A stretch of DNA of 63,206 nt, filler included, from Guillardia theta CCMP2712 (taxonomy: Eukaryota > Protista > Cryptophyta): NCBI RefSeq assembly GCF_000315625.1. It is 5 parts of 5 records of this genome, joined end to end, with 100 filler letters (N's around TTAATTAATTAA, not from the genome) between each part and the next. Parts side by side here need not be neighbours in the genome. Positions count along the whole stretch, not along the records: positions 54,623 to 59,723 come from NW_005434185.1; positions 59,824 to 63,206 come from NW_005434089.1; 3 more parts are not named here. One strand, written 5' to 3'. This document shows, in pieces, positions 55,381 to 63,206 of this stretch. The stretch's first letter is position 1, and the number at the start of each line of letters is the position of its first letter. A model generated the notes under the pieces. The model worked only from the letters and a program-made list of their open reading frames with translations. It had not been told where the DNA came from and did no database searches. The translations under genes were made by a program, and so were the position numbers.

Positions 55381-56630
55381 TCACGAGATAAAGTTGCTGA
55401 TAGAGAATGAAAGGAGGAAGGTACACGAAGGGAAAGGGCACCTGCTGTGGCAGCACTCGAGACGATTGCCGTTCTCCTTGAGCTTGAGCTCGAGGATTCG
55501 AAATTCATCATCGCAGCAGTCAAAGTCAAGTTCCCATGCCGTGAAGGACCCTGAGGACCCATCGGCTACCATGGCGAAGTTGTTGGAGAAGTTTATGTCC
55601 AGAGCCAGCTGCCAGTCTGTTGCATGCGAGCCAAAGAGGACGGGAAGTTTCAGACGGAAGTAAATCTGCAAGGAAATCTCGGAGCTCGATCTGTGTGTCA
55701 CCCGGCACCACAACTGGATCATGCGAAGGACGACGCCGGATCGTCGAATGATCTTCATCTCATGCAGTAGTTGATCGACAAGATCTGATTTCTGGTGGAG
55801 ACTGAGGAAATGGGCGATGGTCCCGTACCATCCCACACACGTCGATCCTAAGGAAGAGGATAACAGACTGCAGATCTCTAGCGGGCAGCTCGAGGAGCAA
55901 ATCTCCTCGAACTGAAAACACCTCTCAAAGTCACCGCCTCGCCTGCTCCCTCCCCCCAGCGGTGGAGACCTGGGCAAGCACAGAGAAGTGCATGGTTCTA
56001 TGAAGATGAAGCCTCTCTTGCTATCTGCTGCTGAGCAGAAGAGCGAGCATCTGCTGCCACAGAACCCTCCGTTCCCCGAGAACCGCAGGATTTCTGTCTC
56101 CATCCAGAACCTTCCATCTTGATGATCCAGCATGCGGAGGAGGGCAGTGATCCTCCCCTGCTCCATAGGGTGGATGAGGTGCAGGAGGCTGTAGCCCTGT
56201 GGTCCCTTGAAAGGCAGCTTTCCTAGAAAGCGGAGCATGCCGTCGTTCGCATCTTCCACCCGCAGAGTGCTCCTGTCGAAGACCAGCATGCTTTCTGTCC
56301 TGCACGACAACATCCCTCGCCGGATGGTCTCATTTCTCAGTGCTGCCTCCGGTTCTCTCGTCGTCCGCGGCTCCTGGCAACGATGTCAGCAGCTCCCCAA
56401 CTCAACGAGACACAACTCCATACCTTCTTCACGTGCTTTACAGGAGACATGAGCGACTTCGTGTAGCTTACAAGGTCATGCAGCAACTGGGTCACGGTCC
56501 TCCCTGACCGAAGTTTCCCACCGTCTGGCTCCGAGTACACCGGCACCAGCTCGTCCAGTGTCACATGCAGGAGCCTCGTTCGGCTCCTTTGTGCTCGTTT
56601 TCGCAGGGGCTTTCTTTCTTTCCTGGTCAT
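55381..56630 (-). CDS. bHLH-like + PAS-like transcription factor (junction between the two parts unresolved)
   Basis: RKRAQRSRTRLLHVTLDELVP..RTVTQLLHDLVSYTKSL (bHLH pattern); SMLVFDRSTLRVEDANDGMLRFLG..GYSLLHLIHP (PAS pattern). Confidence 0.6.
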
Positions 56631-58492
56631 GCTGGAACAGGCGTGAGAGGCGTGCAGCAGACAGTCTAGATTGGAGCAAAGTGAAGGAGCTAAACAGAAA
56701 ACTGAACTGTTCATATAGCCACACCTGCGATGTATACTTTCATAGCCATACCTGCGACATATACTGGCGTTCGATGTGTACTGTTAACGCCAGTATACAT
56801 CACAGGTATGGCTATGATTTCTTCAAGGAATCTTCTGTCTATCACCCGCAGCATCCATATGTCTATTCGAGATCATGACCATGCACACTGTACTCGTGTT
56901 ATCGCGGCCATCGATAGATGGTGCGTCAATGCATGATCATGCATGGCGCGTTCCTTAAGGTATTTCTGGAGTATGTTACATCACAACGCGATTCATGAAC
57001 TCTCTGAATATGCTGGCTCGGGCTACTGCCTGACCTCTTCCTCCACCTATGACTCCTTCTCTCCCCCGTTCTCTGATCCTTCGCTCCCATTTTCCATATT
57101 TTTTTCTTATGTGCGCACTCCCGCATGTTTCGGAGAGTCGATGTCCAGCCGAGGTGCAATGGGGGTTAAGTGGGTTAGAGGGTGGGTAGTCGTGGTTTTA
57201 AAATTGTTGTTTGGGCTCAAGGCAGGGTGGTCAGTTTGCATGCGGAAGGTAGTGGACTCATATATGACAAAGGGCTAGGGGAAGATAAAATCCATTAGAG
57301 TGAGACATAAGAAATATGTCAGCTTAGGATGTATAGATGCTGTGATTCGGAGACCTCACTAAAGGTGAAGGGTGGTGAGGGCCGTTGACCACAATTTAAC
57401 CAGAGGGGGTGGGAAAAAGCTGAATGGTCATGGCCGAAACTTCATATGCTCGAAAAGATTCCTGTTCAATAGATGGGTCGTTCGAAACTAATATATTTCG
57501 CACGGAGAAAATCAGAACGTTTCGTTAATGGTACAAATCGCTTGCGAAGCTGACTGCACGCTGACAACACACCCATCTTTCGAAGTCTATGGAAGGTCGC
57601 AAGTAAAATCATCACGTTACGCTCTGCCATCTCACTGGGGTTCCTGCGGGGCGTCCAACCCCGGGCATGTATAAGGAGCAATAAGATAATCTTGAGATTG
57701 TCATCCAAAAATTCCAGATTCTTCTGGAGCCAAGCAGATATTCACAATGTGCCCCAAGTGACCCCATTAACTGAGGACTTGTCGTCTGGGACAGATAAAG
57801 GGTCGCATCAAAACTTGGTACATTGCGACCCCTCATGGCCACACGACCGGCCCCCGCCCCCCCGGGATGTGGACTGAAGATATCTCTACCACCCCACCCC
57901 TGTAAGCCTCTCGTTTGTACAGCCACTCGATCCCTGTAGAGGACTTGCCACCCAAGTCGGATGTTCTGCCCCTCAGCCTCCGGGCCCGGCCGGATCAGCT
58001 GGCGGCCGCTGAGCCCGGCGGGCCGCTGCCACTCCAAGTTCTGAACTTATCGGAACACGGCCCGGACCTGCCAATTTTTACTCAAAGTTAAGTTAAAATC
58101 AGTACGAGCCCGGGCGGCGCAGGCTCTGTTAATCGGAGGCGAGCTTGATTCACCATTTCAAGGAAAACACTGGATGCGACCGAAGTGTGCGACGATGAGA
58201 ATGAACGGAGTTGAAAGATAGCAGAGGAAGACAACATAGAAAGATAGTAGAGAGAGACAACATAGAAAGATAGCAGAGGGAGATCGCAGGTGATCGTATC
58301 CTGCCATCTCCAGTCATAGCCTAGGGAAGGTAAAGATGCAAGTTCAAGTCGAGAATGATATGGCAAGCAACCAGCTTGACCTACTCGCGTGTTTCTCCCC
58401 ATTCGGCCGCATGACAAGGTAAATGCGGGGAGACCATCCGGATCAGAGGAGGCAAGTAGGAGGAGTTTCAAACAAGATGCGATCTCGAGAGT

Positions 58493-59723
58493 GATGAAAA
58501 ACTTTTTTTTGACCTTTGGATCCAGATGGTGTCAAACATACATGCCAGATAGTACTGCTGGCCTGGTTGACAGTCACAGAAACTGGTCCAGCCAGCATCC
58601 GTCCAGCTGTTTGCAAGCATGGTTCAGTATCTTTGTGTCTCCTGCGAGTCACTTGCAATCTCACGGACGGTCTGCCTCCTCCTCCTCCTCCTCCTCTTCC
58701 TCCTCCTTCTGGAGGAAGTACCGGGAGACGACAAGGTCCTCCCCCCTCTTCGTCCTCCGATGGCTCACCCTAAAGCGCCTTTCCCTGCTGCAAAACAGCG
58801 GCCAGCAAGCGTGGCGGGCAGCTCAGGGTCAGGAAGCAGGAAGCCAGGGATGAGAAGAGGAGCAGAGAAGGTCGAGATCGGCACTTCACACTACACAGAG
58901 AGGGAGGTCTGGATCCGAGCTGTGCTGAAGAGGAGGAAGCGGAGGCTTCAAGGTGATTTGTCTGCTAGGCACTTCTTGTCAGCAGCATAACGTCGAAGCC
59001 GCAGGAAGCCTGACCAACTCCATCCGATGGGGTGAGCGAAGTGATGGAGTGAGGGGAGGGGGAAGGAGATGCATGCAGAGAGCAAAGTGCAGAAAAGCAG
59101 ATCAGGGCAGGGCAGCTCAGACCAGCTCAGACCAGCTCAGACCAGCAGACCTTAGCCGCTGCTTGACTTTGCTTTCTCTCGCTTTCAGGAGACTTCATAG
59201 TGATCGAGTGTCGCATGCTTGATGGAAGCCCGGTGACGGTGCGGGGGCAGCACCCGCAAGCACGACGGGAATCGCACGTGCGGTTTGTGCTGAAGAAGAT
59301 GGGGTGGGACACGATGAGCGCGGTGATCGCTATCTGTTCGAGCATGAGAGCATGCGGGGTCAGAGTGTCGCCCTCACAGCTCTCGTACGCTGGGGTCAAG
59401 GACAAGAACGCCCTTACGTTCCAGGAGGTGAGACACTGCTGGCCTGCGCTCCTTGCGGGCTCTGGGGGGGCTGATGGCATTCAGTTTGGGAGGCGAGGTA
59501 TATGATACTGAAGGTGTGGGGGCAGGTGACGCTGGAGGGAGTGAAGAAGGAGGAGGTCGAGAGATCGGCCGGTCGTCTTGAGCATGGACTGAATATGAGC
59601 AACATCGAGTATTGCGACGAGCCCATTGCTCTTGGTCAACTTCACGGGAACTTGTTCCATGTTGTGATCAGAAATGTGAGAGAGAGCGAGAAAGTGGGAG
59701 GGAGAGGAGAGGAGAGGAGAGGA
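58493..59723 (+). CDS. PUS7/TruD-family pseudouridine synthase, 5' part; start uncertain
   Basis: DFIVIE; RFVLKKMGWDTMSA; LSYAGVKDKNALTFQ; LGQLHGNLFHVVIRNV. Confidence 0.88.
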
Positions 59724-59823
59724 NNNNNNNNNNNNNNNNNNNNNNNNNNNNNNNNNNNNNNNNNNNNTTAATTAATTAANNNNNNNNNNNNNNNNNNNNN
59801 NNNNNNNNNNNNNNNNNNNNNNN
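59724..59823. other. Artificial scaffold linker
   Basis: N44-TTAATTAATTAA-N44. Confidence 0.97.
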
Positions 59824-61120
59824 CGGAGAGATCTCGAGCAGTGAACGTCCAGGCTATGAGGAGAGGGCAAGGTCCGGGACATGGGCTGGTCAGAGTACCA
59901 AGCGAGGAAGCGAGCGATAGCCGTATAGTAAACAGCGGGGTGTAGACCCTCAGAGGGCGTGAACTCGTCCCCTCCCCGACTATGCGGAAGCTCCCGCTTG
60001 AACCTCGCAAACTCTAGCAGGTCGGGATGCGCGGCGAGGTACTGCGAGGAAGGCCAGCGGTGGTATTTCTCAAGCGCCAGGTGGACAGAGAGGTCAAAGA
60101 TTCGTCCGTTCGGACGAATCTGTGATTGGACCCGCGGGAGAAACGGAGATGACCCCTGGAGGAAGAAGCGCAGCTTCTGGAGATGGCTCGCCCTCACCAG
60201 CGTCTTGAACATGAAGCCATGCTGGACGAGCCCGAGCTTTGAGAGCTCTTCGTTGAGGGTAGAAACCTTCGCTCGGAGCTGACTAGCATGAAATCCATCC
60301 GTGCCGATAGGCAGGCCGCCAAGTGTAATCCCGCCAGTGACGACCTCGAAGTGAAGAAGTTGAGTCTTGAGACGGCGCTTAAGGCTCTTCTTCAGCTGCG
60401 AGAGATCAGGGTGTTGATGCCAGGAGGGGATGTAAACTTTCGACTCGCGAGGTTGAATCTCTAGCTTCAGATCAGCCACCATGTACTTCTTCATAGCGGA
60501 CGTAGCTGCAACGGCATCCTCGAGTGGACCGACAAGCACGACGTTGTCAGCATAGGCCAAGACTCGAACAGAGGGAAAAAGCTCTGCGATATGGAGGAGC
60601 AGGGGGTGGATACTGTGGCAGAAAAACACGCTGGAGTGGACATCGCCCTGACACTCGGACGCCCGAGGTACACTGAACGGAGGCTGACTGACTTTTGTGA
60701 AAGAGTCGAAGGTCAGCAGAGTCTCCATAGTAGCTGGAGAGGTAGGAGGCGAACAAACGGAGATGCTCGCAAGAGGGCAAGCTTGCGCCTTCAGTGATGC
60801 TCCCATCAAAGTAGTCGCGACTCGCACGTCCCTCGATTGCATCGAAGAGAGCCTGGCGGTCGAGGGAGTTGAAGGCGTTCTTTGCATCCAAACTCACCAG
60901 CACTGTGGGGTTGGCAACATCCTCATCATCACCGCGAGCGTGAAGGGGCAGGAGCGCTGACGCGGTTTGCGAGAACTTCAGACAGCCGTCTCGATCGAGC
61001 CCGAAGCGTCTGAGAAGATTCGCAAACATCGCGCTGCATATGCTATGACTACTCCTCCTCGAGCGTTCATCCCTCTTGCATAGTAGAGGATTGCCATCTC
61101 GACGGACGGTACCCTGCATC
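59824..61120 (-). mobile_element. Non-LTR (CRE/R2-type) retrotransposon RT fragment, frameshifted
   Basis: VSLDAKNAFNSLDR; GVR/[4-nt insertion ~60652]/QGD..S..FF; LAYADNVVLVG; GITLGGLPIG; LP...GG motif downstream. Confidence 0.85.
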
Positions 61121-61238
61121 CTGACACCCTCCGCTTGGCTTCATCTGGTATCTCGCGGACATCATTGCTCAGCGCTCGATGCCTCTTGAGGATGCGGCGT
61201 TTGGTCGCACTTCGTGCCTGATGACGGCCCTGCTGCTG

Positions 61239-61265
61239 ACATAGGATTAGGGTTTAGGGTTTAGG
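61239..61265 (+). repeat. Short telomere-like tract ACATAGGATTAGGGTTTAGGGTTTAGG; first 16 nt recur at 62393-62408
   Basis: Direct reading. Confidence 0.7.
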
Positions 61266-61524
61266 CTGAGGTCTTGGCTCGCAAACGCGCCGCCACCTAT
61301 CAGCGCCTCACCATGCAGCTGACGCTGGAGGCGCTCTTGTCTGGTGCGAGGCGCATGACGCCCTTGCGGGCGCAAGCACTTCTCGAGCCACTGTCGGAGG
61401 ACAGCTCCTCCTCGGACTTTGTCGAGTCGCCCGAGGGGGAGTCTTCGCCGGAGGTCTCCGACTCCGATGGGGGAAACACGTCGAGTGGCGCCGACGATCG
61501 GCGCGGAGCTGGCGAGGCGTCTCC

Positions 61525-61944
61525 GTCCCTCACTGTGACGTCGGGGGCCTCCGGAGAGCTCGACACCACTGGGAAGCTTGCTGCTGGTCCGAGCTCGCCT
61601 GCTTCCTCCCCGGCATCGGTCGGGTCACGCCGGTCCTTGGGCATTGCTGCGGCGTCGCCGCCGTCACGGGCGGCTCCCGCTGACTCGGCTACCGCTGACT
61701 CGGAGGCTAGCGAGGAACAATGGATTTACTGGCAGAAGGTAAACAGTCCCTCACTGTGACGTCGGGTGCCTCCGGAGAGCTCGACACCACTGGGTATGTC
61801 ACTGGGGTGCTTACTGCTGGTCCGAGCTCGCCTGCTTCCTCCCCGGCATCGGTCGGGTCACGCCGGTCCTTGGGCATTGCTGCGGCGTCGCCGCCGTCAC
61901 GGGCGGCTACCGCTGACTACCGCTGACTCGGAGGCTAGCGAGGA
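61525..61944. repeat. ~190-bp imperfect direct duplication (61525-61715 / 61746-61944)
   Basis: Direct comparison. Confidence 0.9.
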
Positions 61945-62408
61945 GGACTACCTCGAGCGGTACCGTGTTCCTGTGTCCAGCCTCCCTNNNNNNNNNNNNN
62001 NNNNNNNNNNNNNNNNNNNNNNNNNNNNNNNNNNNNNNNNNNNNNNNNNNNNNNNNNNNNNNNNNNNNNNNNNNNNNNNNNNNNNNNNNNNNNNNNNNNN
62101 NNNNNNNNNNNNNNNNNNNNNNNNNNNNNNNNNNNNNNNNNNNNNNNNNNNNNNNNNNNNNNNNNNNNNNNNNNNNNNNNNNNNNNNNNNNNNNNNNNNN
62201 NNNNNNNNNNNNNNNNNNNNNNNNNNNNNNNNNNNNNNNNNNNNNNNNNNNNNNNNNNNNNNNNNNNNNNNNNGTTTTGTGTGTGTTTGTGCAGCTTCTC
62301 GCTGTGGACTGTGTGCCAGGAGGTTTAGCTTGTTCCTGCTTTGTTTTGCTTGAGGCACTTTTTACCTTCTGCCAGTAAATCCATTAACGGGTACATAGGA
62401 TTAGGGTT

Positions 62409-63030
62409 AACAGTGCAGGACTACCTCGCCATGCGCGTCTTCCCTCGCCATGTGCATGCTCGCGCTGCGCTGACCGATCAGCAGCGTGATATCCTCACCT
62501 TGCACAGCCGCAAGACACACTCGCTCAAGTCGCAGGATAGGGTCTTGCAGTCTACCATCTTGCGGCTCATTTTCCTGAGCGTGACCTGAGCCACTCTCCG
62601 ATGCGAGTCTCGAGCTACTACCCCCTCAAGGCCTTCCCGCACCGCTATGCTCAGATGCTCGACTGCTATCTCCATGGCATGCCGATCTGCCAGTGTCCGA
62701 CGGAATGTGATGGATGTCAGCGCGAGCTCGATCCCTCCGTTGCTGCACATCATCTCCAGACCTGCATACGCCGATCCTCCAAGCTTCCCACGGCGCATGA
62801 CAACCTTACTCGTACGATTCGGTCGATGCTGAACGAAGCTGGTCTTCAGAGCGTCATCGATACAGTGGGGGATCCTCGTTCTCGACGGCAGGTACCCTCC
62901 CATCCTCATGGCCGCAAGATGAAGGGCGATATCCACATCCCTGGAATCCGCGATCGAGGGTCTGAGCAGTACGAGGGCGGCCGCCCGCTTTGTGGCGGCA
63001 GCGGACGTCTCGACTGACAGTGGTCAGTCG
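62409..63030 (+). mobile_element. Non-LTR retrotransposon C-terminal CCHC zinc knuckle + restriction-like endonuclease fragment, frameshifted
   Basis: CDGC..HHLQTC..AHDNL..L..AGL..KGDI, followed in the +1 frame by AADVS; this is the ZnF-RLE pattern of R2/CRE-type elements. Confidence 0.7.
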
Positions 63031-63206
63031 GCTGCCTCCGGGTATCGCGTCTAAGGGATTTTATTCCTCCTGCTTGCTCCTGCTGCTTGTTCCTATATAC
63101 CATGTTGCTGGATTGCTTGGCCCTTCGGCTGCTTGTCTGCGCGGCTTCGCGCTTGGGCTGGCGGTGCCGCGTCTGGGTGCCAGCATTGCTGGTTCTTTCG
63201 GGCTTG

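Noticed and set aside
18705-59823. TTAATTAATTAA as a biological motif, or gene linkage across it (e.g. profilin with actin, the cluster with the retroelements)
   Set aside because: Identical 100-bp N-padded linkers mark artificial scaffold joins.

Overview
Eukaryotic nuclear DNA, GC-rich and microsatellite-rich, with mostly ~50-nt GT-AG introns. A bipartite signal peptide ending in an AxA-F motif on a GST suggests an alga with a secondary red plastid, most likely a cryptophyte (inference). The window is not contiguous: four 100-bp N44-TTAATTAATTAA-N44 linkers join five scaffolds (1-18704, 18805-40654, 40755-54522, 54623-59723, 59824-63206). Scaffold 1 is the most unusual part. It is a cluster of nearly intronless modular repeat-plus-enzyme genes: U-box + Tyr-(pseudo)kinase + ARM array; ANK/WD40x7/ANK + coiled coil + DFD kinase + tankyrase-like PARP; a paralogue ANK/WD40x5/ANK spliced to a different kinase; and an orphan helical-repeat protein. 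The WD40 arrays are internally homogenised but vary at binding-face residues, resembling an immune/non-self receptor repertoire. Scaffold 2 holds ordinary genes (GST, profilin, TMEM41/VTT, PP2C-PH) plus a recent inverted copy of part of PP2C bounded by a 9-bp direct repeat. Scaffold 3 holds an internally deleted Ty1/Copia element whose 3' LTR runs into 22 perfect copies of a PBS-like 17-mer, followed by a TPR gene. Scaffold 4 has a divergent actin 3' end, a bHLH-PAS-like gene and a PUS7/TruD 5' end. Scaffold 5 has CRE/R2-type RT and endonuclease fragments in opposite orientations, each abutting the same telomere-like 16-mer. Exon boundaries were read by eye and no searches were run.
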